Source: a virus. From it: a stretch of 64,000 nt of DNA. Below, in pieces: positions 25,213-34,875 of this stretch (its first letter is position 1; the number at the start of each line of letters is the position of its first letter). The stretch lies in the IMG/VR virus record IMGVR_UViG_3300031576_000012, positions 30,997 to 94,996 of that record; one strand, given 5' to 3'. Under the pieces are notes generated by a model. It did no database searches, was not told where the DNA came from, and worked only from the letters and a program-made list of their open reading frames with translations. The position numbers were made by a program, and so were the translations under genes.

Positions 25213-25515
25213 ATGGCTGAAGAAAGAAAGAAACATCTCTTGAATACACAAGGGAATTTGATGAAGGGTAAAGGGCATCAAAAGGGGAAAGACTATATGG
25301 CAGATGACGCGACTAGGAAGAATCCTACCATGTCAGATGTTGGTATAGGCAGTTCCTTTACGCTTGCTAGGCTTCGTAATGAAGCTCAGAGAGTGAAGGC
25401 TGAAAGACGCATCCCTGGTAATCTCGGATACCAAGTTAATCTTGGACCAAAATCCGAAGTTGCAGGCTCTACCATCACAAAACAAAAACGAATGCTATAT
25501 AATGGTAAGAAATAA
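25213..25515 (+). CDS. basic hypothetical protein
   Basis: GGAG RBS; K/R/G-rich. Confidence 0.7.
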   Translation: MAEERKKHLLNTQGNLMKGKGHQKGKDYMADDATRKNPTMSDVGIGSSFTLARLRNEAQRVKAERRIPGNLGYQVNLGPKSEVAGSTITKQKRMLYNGKK

Positions 25516-25570
25516 TTACTATTGCAGCATACATGTATACATATAAAAAACAAAAAAGGAGTAACAAACA

Positions 25571-26101
25571 ATGGGTCTAAATATTAAACCTGTTAGACGT
25601 TTGCATAAACTCCGCTCAGACGTGAGTGACAATGTTCCTGGACATGAAAAGGTAGAGAAGTTAGATAAAACTCTAAATTCTTCACCTGGTTCTTACAAAG
25701 TTGCTCGTGGTATTCGTCGTCGTCATGAAGAGAGCTTCGGTGGCGATGCATTAGAGAGAGACAAGCCCAAGTTGGCTTGGGAAGTTGATGCGACATTAGA
25801 TCGTTTTGACTTTGATGCTGGTGCTCCTACCGATTTTGGTATTAGGATCACTCTTCCCTCTAGCGCACAACTCAGTGACCGTGGCTTAAAAGCAGGCGAT
25901 GAACTACGAATTCTTGATAAAGGTTCGACATTAAAAGGTAAACGCTTTAAAGTAGTTTCTGAAGCAAATACAACTAACGTAGCTCTTGGTAAAGCAAGAC
26001 TAGTTAGTGCTACAGTACTACGTTTAAAAGACGTTAACCCGTTCACAACCGAAAACACAATTCGAATTCGTATTGAGCTTGAAGCAGGCAATCGTCGATA
26101 A
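25571..26101 (+). CDS. putative virion protein
   Basis: AAGGAG RBS; GLKAGDELRI beta module. Confidence 0.75.
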   Translation: MGLNIKPVRRLHKLRSDVSDNVPGHEKVEKLDKTLNSSPGSYKVARGIRRRHEESFGGDALERDKPKLAWEVDATLDRFDFDAGAPTDFGIRITLPSSAQLSDRGLKAGDELRILDKGSTLKGKRFKVVSEANTTNVALGKARLVSATVLRLKDVNPFTTENTIRIRIELEAGNRR

Positions 26102-26140
26102 GACATAACTATATAATTATATAATTAGGAGAAATTAACA

Positions 26141-26305
26141 ATGGCTGAAATGAAATCAAATGCGAAGATGGTACCAGCAAGTGCCCCCTCGCTAAAGTCT
26201 CGTGGAATGCGAATGAAAAATAATCCTCCAGTCGGTTCAAAGAAACCGTTGGATCATAACGTTTCAAAGAAGCATGAAGAGGCTTTCCAAGGAAAAGATA
26301 AGTAA
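26141..26305 (+). CDS. 54-aa basic protein
   Basis: Below cutoff: MAEMKSNAKMVPASAPSLKSRGMRMKNNPP...GKDK; AGGAG RBS. Confidence 0.7.
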   Translation: MAEMKSNAKMVPASAPSLKSRGMRMKNNPPVGSKKPLDHNVSKKHEEAFQGKDK

Positions 26306-26322
26306 TCTTACTTAATAACTAG

Positions 26323-26352
26323 TAGGGGGCGGTGAGAAATCATCTCCCCCTA
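26323..26352 (+). terminator. GC-rich hairpin (terminator/attenuator) before the portal gene
   Basis: TAGGGGG-C-GGTGA GAAA TCATC-T-CCCCCTA; weak U-tract. Confidence 0.55.
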
Positions 26353-26375
26353 TTAATGAGTAAAGAGGAGTATTC

Positions 26376-28304
26376 GTGAGTTTTAATTTAGGTGTTCAAA
26401 ATTATCCAGGTGGATATTTAGGTGGATTCGGCTTTGGGACAGTCGGAATTTATCTATACGAAGATGTCTACTATCGTCAATGGATTACTGAAATTGCCTT
26501 AGCCTTCTATGAAGGTAGGCAGGACGAGTTTGTTTGGTTGGATCTTCTAAAGCAATTTAGGAATCCTGAAAAACAACAGATCCTTCCATTAAACTTTACA
26601 AAAGAGATTATAGACGAAATCTCAATTCTTTATCGAGAAGAACCTATCTATAAGATAGTTGACTCTGAAACAGGAGAACTCTTAGATAAAGATCAGAAAC
26701 TTTGGGAGAAAGTTCAAAAAGATTCCCGTTATCTTCAAATAATGGATAAAGTTGATAGATGGTGTCATTTACTTGGCACTGTTCTAATCAAGGTATCTTT
26801 TATTGATGGTAAAGGAGAAATGGTAAAAGCCACCGAAGGAGGTAAAGTTCAACTTGACGTTCTTCATGGTGGTGTTTACGATATTAAATATATTGATAGT
26901 CCCTTTCATATATCGGAACTATTAATCGGTTTTGGTCAAGGTTTTGTTGGCTTTAATAGAGGATCTGGTCCTTTAGGTCAAAGACGTGGGGGCTATGTAG
27001 CTGGTATTGGGTCTAATGCAACTGGTGGAAACCAAGCTAACCCTGCTAGTGTTCATGGTCAAATCTCTGAGATTTATTGGTCCCCAGAATCTCATAAAGT
27101 AACTCAGAAAGAAGGAGATACAGAGAAGGTCGTTCATGAGGGTGAAAATCCTTATGGTCGTATTCCTGCGGTTCCTTTCTTTAATTCTGAGCCAGCACAC
27201 TATTATTTTTTACCTATTAATGAGCCTTTGATTTATGCAAATCATGCTCTTAATATGCGTATTACAGACTTAAACCATATTGCTAAGTTCCAATCTTTCG
27301 GAGTTCCAGTTCTATCTGGAGTTGAAAGAGGAACTTCTATTAGACGTGGTAGACCAGTTGATGACTTCAATTTCTTTAGAGCTGGATCTGCAAGTCGTTC
27401 TAATGTTGGTGGAGCTGCCAGATTCGGACAAGGCACTCAACACAGAACATTTGATAACAGTTATGCCTTCTTTGCAGACGGTAATGCTGATGCAAATGCT
27501 GTAGGAATGAGTATTGGTCCTGATACTGCAATCGCGGTAGGAGAAAAAGGAGACTTTAAGTTTGCCTCTCCAAATGCAGATATTCTAGGACTAGCTTCTA
27601 CTATCCAACAAATTCAGGATTGGGTTCGTGTCAATCATGGATTAACCGCCAAAGGTACTAAAGCCGAAGGTGGAGGTGGAGTAGAGTCCGGTTTTAGTAA
27701 GATGTTGTCCAAGATTGGTGTTCTAGAAGAAAATATTAGACGCCAAAAGTTGTTCAGGGAAAGAGAACAACAGTTATTTGATGTAATCAAAGAACTTTGG
27801 AATGTCCATTATGCGAATGATGGAACACAACAGTTTAGTGAGAATTCCACTCTTGAGATCACCTATGTAGAACCTCAATTTCCAGTTGATCCATTAACTA
27901 AGGTAAACTTAATTGAAGGACAAAGGAAGATTATTGAGACTGGTGATAAGAGAGCAATTAAGGAACTCTTTAAACACCTTTCCGAACCTCAGATTGATAA
28001 GATGATTAAAGATTATCATGATGATAGGATGGCCCAAGCTGATCGAGAATTAGAGCTTCTTGAAAAGCAAGCAACAAAAATGGGAGAACTAGGGCTTGAT
28101 TTTAATTCATCTGGCCAAGATGGTCAGAATAAGTTCTCATCCATGACAAAAGCAAAAGGTGCTGATAAAGCTGTGTCCGGTCAGGATAACAAACTAAAGC
28201 ACTCTGAAGACAGTTCGAAGCAAAAAGGCAAGAACTTAGATTTTCGGAAACAGCCTAAAGAGGTAAAGGCTGCTAAACCACAAGGTAAGGAAAAGGAAGA
28301 ATAA
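26376..28304 (+). CDS. portal protein (SPP1 gp6-like)
   Basis: Position after terL; LNFTKEIIDE, NPYGRIPAVPF and ESG motifs. Confidence 0.88.
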   Translation: MSFNLGVQNYPGGYLGGFGFGTVGIYLYEDVYYRQWITEIALAFYEGRQDEFVWLDLLKQFRNPEKQQILPLNFTKEIIDEISILYREEPIYKIVDSETGELLDKDQKLWEKVQKDSRYLQIMDKVDRWCHLLGTVLIKVSFIDGKGEMVKATEGGKVQLDVLHGGVYDIKYIDSPFHISELLIGFGQGFVGFNRGSGPLGQRRGGYVAGIGSNATGGNQANPASVHGQISEIYWSPESHKVTQKEGDTEKVVHEGENPYGRIPAVPFFNSEPAHYYFLPINEPLIYANHALNMRITDLNHIAKFQSFGVPVLSGVERGTSIRRGRPVDDFNFFRAGSASRSNVGGAARFGQGTQHRTFDNSYAFFADGNADANAVGMSIGPDTAIAVGEKGDFKFASPNADILGLASTIQQIQDWVRVNHGLTAKGTKAEGGGGVESGFSKMLSKIGVLEENIRRQKLFREREQQLFDVIKELWNVHYANDGTQQFSENSTLEITYVEPQFPVDPLTKVNLIEGQRKIIETGDKRAIKELFKHLSEPQIDKMIKDYHDDRMAQADRELELLEKQATKMGELGLDFNSSGQDGQNKFSSMTKAKGADKAVSGQDNKLKHSEDSSKQKGKNLDFRKQPKEVKAAKPQGKEKEE

Positions 28305-28322
28305 AAAAGAGAGGGAATTGCA

Positions 28323-28631
28323 ATGGAAAATAAGTATAGCTTAGTGTTGGATACACTACCTATGTCTTTTAGCTTAGATCAAGGTTCTAGGGAGGCAATG
28401 ATCAAAGCTCATAAGAAGTGGTCCATCAAAATTAAAAGAAGTCTGTGGATTGATATCCCAGCAAAAACACCTGTAACCATGAATACAAAGGTTTTTATTG
28501 CTCTTAGAGTAGTAGAGATCACTCCTGAACAGGAGAAAGCGTCTCAGGTGGAACAAGACCCAAGATATAAAACGTTTTTTCAGAACGCCAAGAATATCGG
28601 TCCTGATATAACAGATCAAGGGTATAAATAA
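28323..28631 (+). CDS. hypothetical protein
   Basis: GAGGGA RBS. Confidence 0.7.
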   Translation: MENKYSLVLDTLPMSFSLDQGSREAMIKAHKKWSIKIKRSLWIDIPAKTPVTMNTKVFIALRVVEITPEQEKASQVEQDPRYKTFFQNAKNIGPDITDQGYK

Positions 28632-28696
28632 ACGTACATTTGAATTGAATTCAAAGTACAAACATCTAATATGGGGTTGAACCCCAGGAGATTAAA

Positions 28697-29581
28697 ATGA
28701 ACTTAAATAAGTTATTTGGTACAAAAGATAAGACTGACTCTAAGAGTGATGCAACTACTTCGGAGACTCAGATAACAGCTCCTGCTACAACAGATGAAGG
28801 AAATACGGAAGAAGTAACAGGAACTGAACAAACTCTTTCTACGGAGACAACTGTAACAGCTGAAGCAGATAAAACTGCAGAAACTGATAAGAGTAATGAT
28901 CCTTACGCACAATGGACAAGAGAGCAAATCGTTAAAGAGATGCAAGCTCGTGGACAGGAAGCGGCAAAGAATCGCGTCGAAAAGAAGGAAATTGAACGAC
29001 AACTCAGAGAAGAATACGAGAAACACCTAAAGTCATTAGAAGAAAAATTCTCACCATTTGTTGAGAAAGCTAATGAACTGAAGAAAATGCAGGATAAGGA
29101 ACTTGATCGCAAACGTTCGCTGGAAGAAAAACTAGCGGCTCGTGAAGTTAAGATCGAGGAACTTCTTTCTGAAAAGAATCAAGTAGAAACTTCTCTTAAA
29201 AATGAAAAAATTGAGTTGCAATCACAGCTCGAAAAGAAAGTAGCTGATTTAAATGCTTATGAAAGCTACTGGAAAGAGCAGCTAGAAAAAGAGTTAGCCT
29301 TAGTACCACAACAGCATAAGAAACTAGCGGATCTGATTGTAAAAGGAGCAGGCTCGGATGTACGAGAAGCCCTTGAAGCAATTCGTCAAGCTAAAACCGA
29401 TAATGTTTTTGGAACAAAGAAAGTTACAGTGTATAATGCTACGCCAAATGCTAAACAAGGAGCACGTATGGACGCAGCTTCAGCACAGAAGTCAACTGAT
29501 GGTATGTCGAAAAAGGACAAAATCTCTCAGGGGCTTAATAAGTGGAAATCTATCCAAAGACGTAGACTCGGTGGTGAATAA
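28697..29581 (+). CDS. capsid scaffolding protein
   Basis: Disordered acidic N-terminus and long coiled coil (EAAKNRVEKKE); immediately upstream of the MCP. Confidence 0.8.
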   Translation: MNLNKLFGTKDKTDSKSDATTSETQITAPATTDEGNTEEVTGTEQTLSTETTVTAEADKTAETDKSNDPYAQWTREQIVKEMQARGQEAAKNRVEKKEIERQLREEYEKHLKSLEEKFSPFVEKANELKKMQDKELDRKRSLEEKLAAREVKIEELLSEKNQVETSLKNEKIELQSQLEKKVADLNAYESYWKEQLEKELALVPQQHKKLADLIVKGAGSDVREALEAIRQAKTDNVFGTKKVTVYNATPNAKQGARMDAASAQKSTDGMSKKDKISQGLNKWKSIQRRRLGGE

Positions 29582-29630
29582 GATCTATTCATCTTTTATA
29601 ACAATATAATCAACCTAATAGGAGTTATTA

Positions 29631-30998
29631 ATGGCACAAGTCATTTCATTAGCTGATGCAGCTAAATTATCTAATAATCTCTTGGTTGAAGGTGTAATTG
29701 AAGATATTATCACTATTAATGAGTGGTACCGTTTTCTACCTTTCGTTGTATTTGAAGGACTTTCCTATACATTTACACGAGAGGCTCAAATCGCTAAGTC
29801 TGCTTTCGCAGCTCCTGGTGCTAACCTCAACCAATTGAAATATCAGAAGGGTGCAACCGTTTCAAACGTAAACGTTCACCTAGCTGCTATCATTGGCGAC
29901 ATTATCATGGACGGACAGATCGAAGACCAACTATCTGATCACAACGATCAGCTACAGGTCCAGATCAGTTCAAAGTCTAAGGATATTGCTCGTACTTACA
30001 TGAACTCAATCATCAATGGCCGTAGAATCCCTGGTGGTCCACTTGTTCAATCGAACAACGGTCCTATCGGAATCGAAGCCAAATTCGACGGTATGAAAGC
30101 TATTCTAGATGCAGAATCTGGAAACAGCGATGACGTTAACCATCCTTTCTATAATGCTGGTGCTTCAACACAAACACTAGACCTTACAGAGGATGACAGC
30201 GCATCACCCCGTTTGAATCGTCCAGGCCGCGTATTTACACTAGAAGATCTAGACAACTTGATCGACCGTGTAACTACAGGTAAACCTGACTTCTTGATGA
30301 TGCACTCAAGAGACATCCGTACACTAAGAGTATTACTACGTAATACTGGTGGTGGAACAGATGCATATCAAATTCAGCAAGTTGGTCTCGGAAATATGAA
30401 GCCTATGCTTATGTATCAAGAGATCCCTGTATTCCGAAACGATTTTATTTCTCGTTTCGAACCAGTTAACTTGGTGGATTCAGGCGCAGTTGCCGCAGTA
30501 GGCGCTGCCTCAATCACAACCGCTGAAGACTATTCTCTAGGCGTACCCGCAGCTCTTGCTGATGGTATTGCTGCAGGAACAGCAGCCGCAGTTGTACGTG
30601 GTGATGATGGAATTCTTCGGAAATACAAAATCACTGTCGCAACAGCAGCTAACCCTTCAGTACTCACAGTAGTCGCAACTGGAACATTCCTTGATGTTGA
30701 AAACAACAACAATGAACTCCAACTTGCACCAAACGATGTATCCCTCGGACTCGTAGGCAAAACCTATGAACTCTATGAGAGAGCAGACGGTTCGGAAGTC
30801 TATTGTGGACGTTGGGGTGAGATGGAAGGCGTTTGCGGATTTACTTCTGCTAATGACGCCGGTGTTGTATTCGAATTCGTTGGTCCTCGTGAGAACGAGA
30901 ACGCCAATCAGTACCGCCTCAAGTGGTATTGTGGGTTCGATCTCTACAACCGCCTCTCGCTTGCTAGAATGCGTAGAGTTCTACCTCTCGGAGCATAA
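29631..30998 (+). CDS. major capsid protein (HK97 fold) with an inserted domain
   Basis: SLADAAKL..N.L..GVIE N-terminus, LPF, FDG, IPVFRNDFI, RLKWYCG; codon usage typical of high expression; downstream terminator. Confidence 0.92.
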   Translation: MAQVISLADAAKLSNNLLVEGVIEDIITINEWYRFLPFVVFEGLSYTFTREAQIAKSAFAAPGANLNQLKYQKGATVSNVNVHLAAIIGDIIMDGQIEDQLSDHNDQLQVQISSKSKDIARTYMNSIINGRRIPGGPLVQSNNGPIGIEAKFDGMKAILDAESGNSDDVNHPFYNAGASTQTLDLTEDDSASPRLNRPGRVFTLEDLDNLIDRVTTGKPDFLMMHSRDIRTLRVLLRNTGGGTDAYQIQQVGLGNMKPMLMYQEIPVFRNDFISRFEPVNLVDSGAVAAVGAASITTAEDYSLGVPAALADGIAAGTAAAVVRGDDGILRKYKITVATAANPSVLTVVATGTFLDVENNNNELQLAPNDVSLGLVGKTYELYERADGSEVYCGRWGEMEGVCGFTSANDAGVVFEFVGPRENENANQYRLKWYCGFDLYNRLSLARMRRVLPLGA

Positions 30999-31022
30999 TC
31001 CAAGAGTAAACTAATTAAGATT

Positions 31023-31050
31023 GGGGGAGATTAACGTCTCCCCCTTTCTT
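31023..31050 (+). terminator. intrinsic terminator after the MCP
   Basis: GGGGGAGAT-TAAC-GTCTCCCCC followed by TTTCTT. Confidence 0.85.
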
Positions 31051-31072
31051 ATCTTTCTATGGAGGAAAGAGG

Positions 31073-31675
31073 ATGTATTATACAACTAAAAAACAAGGAG
31101 CCTTAGATAAAGACTACATACTGGTAAAACACCCACTGAATATAGGTGGGAATTACTTCTTAATGGGAGTTAAGTTTGTAAATGGTATTGCAGTTGTAGA
31201 AAGAGGTTCTAAAGTTCATAAGAATTTATTGAGATCACCTCTTCTTAAGAATCGTAAAGAATTCGGTTTAGAGTGGTTAGTAAAGTTTGGTTTTCGTACA
31301 AAAGATGTACAAATGGTATTTGGTAAGGATATTTACTATTCTTACTTAAAAGCTATCGAAAAAGAAAAAACCAAACAAGCTGAAATTGATTCTATAGTTA
31401 AAGAAGCTATGGAAGCTATACCAACTCAACTTGAAGAACTTACACTAGAAGAAGTGTCAAGTGAACCAAATCCAATAGAAGATGTAATTGAAGAAGCACC
31501 AACTATGTCACTTGATGATATTATTGCTGCTCATAAAGTATTACATCAATGTATATTGGTAAAAGAGGATGAAACAGTCTGTGATAAGCCTGTTTCTAAA
31601 GGAAGTCCATCTGGACTATATTGTTTCGCGCATATGCGTAAAGACCCAGAATATAAGAAAAAATTGGAGGAATAA
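31073..31675 (+). CDS. hypothetical protein with C-terminal C3H zinc-finger-like motif
   Basis: C...C...CFAH. Confidence 0.75.
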   Translation: MYYTTKKQGALDKDYILVKHPLNIGGNYFLMGVKFVNGIAVVERGSKVHKNLLRSPLLKNRKEFGLEWLVKFGFRTKDVQMVFGKDIYYSYLKAIEKEKTKQAEIDSIVKEAMEAIPTQLEELTLEEVSSEPNPIEDVIEEAPTMSLDDIIAAHKVLHQCILVKEDETVCDKPVSKGSPSGLYCFAHMRKDPEYKKKLEE

Positions 31676-31677
31676 GC

Positions 31678-31962
31678 ATGTTAGTTTTATTTGATAATGA
31701 TACTCTTCAACTTAATGTAAGAGCAGGAGCTTTGGAAACATACGCACCTGATGAACAAGTTAAAGCAGTTACTGCAAAGACAGAAGAATTAAAAGTAAAG
31801 GTTCAGGCTAAACAAACAGAAATGGCAGAAATTTATAAAAAGTTCATTACTGAAGAAATTGAGCCTGTACGAGTTGAAATTCGTAAAGCTGTTCTTGAGA
31901 TCAACAAAAAAAATAATCCCAATCTAGAACAGATTTTAGAAGCACAGAAGCCAGGACAGTAA
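31678..31962 (+). CDS. coiled-coil hypothetical protein
   Basis: GGAGGA RBS. Confidence 0.7.
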   Translation: MLVLFDNDTLQLNVRAGALETYAPDEQVKAVTAKTEELKVKVQAKQTEMAEIYKKFITEEIEPVRVEIRKAVLEINKKNNPNLEQILEAQKPGQ

Positions 31963-31986
31963 GAGTCCTCAGTACGGGAGTAACTT

Positions 31987-32775
31987 ATGGGTACAAAAAA
32001 TAACTCCGCTGGGTCTCAACATAACCCACGGGGTACAACCCAAGGTATTACGCTCGTAGCACATGAGTCGGGACTCCCTATTGATAGCATTGTAGATGTT
32101 AATGGTAAACGGAGGCTCGCAGTTGATGCTAATATAAGCATCGCTAGTGCTACCATTAACGTAGACTTGGAATCAGATACAGATAACGTTGCCATACGTA
32201 ATACTAGTAACGATAATGAGTTACTAATACATAGCGACGGTAGTATTTCTATTCGTTTAAAAGATGAATCAGGAGCAGCTTTTTCAACTGCTAATCCCCT
32301 TCCTGTTGAAATTGCAGCTGGAAATCTTGATGTTGAATTAGATGCAGCTGATGGGGACAATGTTGCTATTCATGATAATGAAGGCCATGAGCTTGAAATT
32401 AATGCTGATGGTTCAATTAACGTTAATGCTACATTTGGATCAGGTGGCACACCATTTTCTCTCTTTGATGAGATAAGTGCAATAGCCTCTGCAACTCTAA
32501 CTACTATTCTCACACACACTGTACCTGCACTTACTACTTTAAAATTATATAAAATTGAAGTAAGTGGAACCAATACTGCTACGTATGAACTTTATGTAAA
32601 TGCAGTTATTGAAGGTAGACGTAGAACATACTTCGGCGGCTCATTATCTGAAGCATTTGAGTTTCCCACAAGTTCCTTGTTGTTAGCAGCAGGGGATGTA
32701 GTAGACGTGAAAGTAATACATGGTAGACCTTTCACTGGTGATTTTGAAGCAAGGCTTCATGGGGAGACACTCTAA
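31987..32775 (+). CDS. putative virion fibre/collar protein
   Basis: Internal repeat DNVAI...EL.I..DGSI; beta-rich C-terminal domain. Confidence 0.7.
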   Translation: MGTKNNSAGSQHNPRGTTQGITLVAHESGLPIDSIVDVNGKRRLAVDANISIASATINVDLESDTDNVAIRNTSNDNELLIHSDGSISIRLKDESGAAFSTANPLPVEIAAGNLDVELDAADGDNVAIHDNEGHELEINADGSINVNATFGSGGTPFSLFDEISAIASATLTTILTHTVPALTTLKLYKIEVSGTNTATYELYVNAVIEGRRRTYFGGSLSEAFEFPTSSLLLAAGDVVDVKVIHGRPFTGDFEARLHGETL

Positions 32776-32963
32776 TGGCTAATATTGAATTAAAAAGAAC
32801 TCAATTAGAGCTAATAAGAGTTAGAGCAGCTAAAGCTGAAATGGAATTTGTTATTGCTGAAAAACTTGAAGATATTGAAAGAGTAAAGAATAACATAAAA
32901 ATTCAAGAAGCTAGAGAAGCTGAACTTATAAAAAAACTAGCCGAGACAAAAGAGGTAATATAA
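32775..32963 (+). CDS. small coiled-coil protein
   Basis: TAATG coupling. Confidence 0.7.
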   Translation: MANIELKRTQLELIRVRAAKAEMEFVIAEKLEDIERVKNNIKIQEAREAELIKKLAETKEVI

Positions 32964-33731
32964 ATGGCTGATCAAAATACAGCACTTCCCATTCGTTCTG
33001 AAGCAGATGGCACAGACGAACGAGTACATACAAAAATAGTAGACGGAACTACTCCTTCCCAAAGAGCAACTGTTGATACTGATGGGAATTTACATATTGA
33101 AGCACATGCTAATGATCCTGCAAACGTAGATCGGGTTTTACGAGTTAGCGAACTTGGAGCATTAACACCTGATGGTGTTTTTCATGCTACAAATAACACT
33201 AAACCTGGAAACGTAGGATTAGTTGGACATTCAAGAGCTGCATCTCCTGGCGATTCAGATCAAAATAATAGATTAACTTCTATTACTTCTGGTACTGTTC
33301 ATGCATTAGATGTAGCAATACGAGATGAGAGTGGTAATCCATTTTCAGCTTCAAATCCAATTCCTGTAACATCAGTTGATAGTGAAGGCACAGAAGTTAA
33401 TAATTACGATACTACAGCAGCAGTAGCCGCTGGAGCATCTGATAACCATGATTACACTGTAACTGCACTAATGACTTTGAAACTTTCACAGATTGAAGCA
33501 ACGGCTTCAGGTAAGTTGAAATTAGAAGTTCAAGTGGAAACAGGAGTAGCTACGGCAGTATTTAATACTTTATGGGTACTATTTAACTCTACAGCAAATC
33601 CTAATATTCAGCTTCCAATAAATGAACCAGTATCGGTACCTGCGGGTGTTAAAGTAAGACTAATTAGAACTAATAAAGATAACCAACCACAAGACGTATA
33701 TTCAACAATATCAGGTCACGAAATCGTATAA
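32964..33731 (+). CDS. putative virion fibre/collar protein
   Basis: Paralogous to 31987 (DESG..FS..NP.PV). Confidence 0.7.
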   Translation: MADQNTALPIRSEADGTDERVHTKIVDGTTPSQRATVDTDGNLHIEAHANDPANVDRVLRVSELGALTPDGVFHATNNTKPGNVGLVGHSRAASPGDSDQNNRLTSITSGTVHALDVAIRDESGNPFSASNPIPVTSVDSEGTEVNNYDTTAAVAAGASDNHDYTVTALMTLKLSQIEATASGKLKLEVQVETGVATAVFNTLWVLFNSTANPNIQLPINEPVSVPAGVKVRLIRTNKDNQPQDVYSTISGHEIV

Positions 33732-33744
33732 TTAGGATGGGCCA

Positions 33745-34872
33745 ATGGCTGATTTAACAGAAGGACAATCTGCTCAGACTATAAAAGTAGTGGGTGCCAC
33801 AGGTGCCGTCGAGAGTGCTAACTTTCTTATAGTTAATGCTGATGGTTCAATCAATACTACTGCTTCTGTTACTAGTAGCGGGGTAGAGCAACATATAATT
33901 GATTCTGCTGGCGATTTATATATTGCCGGTACAACTAAAGGTATTTTATCTTTATCAAGAGTAGTTGGAGCTGCACCTTCTTTAACAGCTGGACAGTTTT
34001 CTGGACTAACACTTGATACTGCTGGTAACTTACGGATTGTTGATAGACATGCTCGTTTAAATGCACTTTCAGATGTTGGGGCATCTGGCTATGGAATAAT
34101 GGGCAGTGACGGCACTGTTCTTAGATGGTTAAAAGTAGACACATCAGGAGCTTTAGTAATATCGGCTGTTGCTTCCCCAAACACATTCTTTAGTTTTGGA
34201 GACATAGCAGTAGCAGTTATCGCAGAATTTGCAGTAAGACGAACAACCTATACTGAACCTGCTGCCAACGCTCAAAGGTCTATGTCTTCTTCTTCGGCAC
34301 TAGATACAGCCGCAGGAACAGGCGCTAGAACAGTAAGAATTACATATTTTGATACAACTGGTGCAGGACCATTTACAGAGACAATTACTCTTAATGGTAC
34401 TACATTTGTTAATACTGTAGCTACAGATATTCGCTTTATTGAAAAGATGGAAGTAATTACCGTTGGATCTACTAGATCTAATGCTGGAATTATAACTCTT
34501 TTCGGTGCAGTATCTGCTGGCGGTGGTACAGTTGGAACAATTGCTGCAACAAATAAACAGACATTTTGGTGTCATCATTATATAGCTACTGGCAAAAAAA
34601 TGAACGTTACTGGTATTTCAGTAAGTCACAATGGAACAACAGTAGGATCTGGCGGTGTGTTTCATATTAGATCAATCCCAATAGGTGTAACAAACGTACC
34701 AGAAATCCAAATTTCAGATTTCGTAAGATTATACGGACAATCAAGTACATTTGCTAGAAACTACGATTCACCCATTAGAGTAATTGGGCCAGCAAGAGTT
34801 ATAATGTATTTAACTCCTGAATCTTCAACTTCTGTTACTTTTCGTGCATCTCTTGACTATTTTGAGGAATAA
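33745..34872 (+). CDS. putative virion structural protein
   Basis: VNADGSIN; SSSSALDTAAGTGARTVRI domain typical of phage structural proteins. Confidence 0.75.
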   Translation: MADLTEGQSAQTIKVVGATGAVESANFLIVNADGSINTTASVTSSGVEQHIIDSAGDLYIAGTTKGILSLSRVVGAAPSLTAGQFSGLTLDTAGNLRIVDRHARLNALSDVGASGYGIMGSDGTVLRWLKVDTSGALVISAVASPNTFFSFGDIAVAVIAEFAVRRTTYTEPAANAQRSMSSSSALDTAAGTGARTVRITYFDTTGAGPFTETITLNGTTFVNTVATDIRFIEKMEVITVGSTRSNAGIITLFGAVSAGGGTVGTIAATNKQTFWCHHYIATGKKMNVTGISVSHNGTTVGSGGVFHIRSIPIGVTNVPEIQISDFVRLYGQSSTFARNYDSPIRVIGPARVIMYLTPESSTSVTFRASLDYFEE

Positions 34873-34875
34873 GAT

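Noticed and set aside
28623-28630. T4-type late promoter TATAAATA
   Set aside because: Isolated occurrence overlapping a stop codon; not repeated upstream of other late genes
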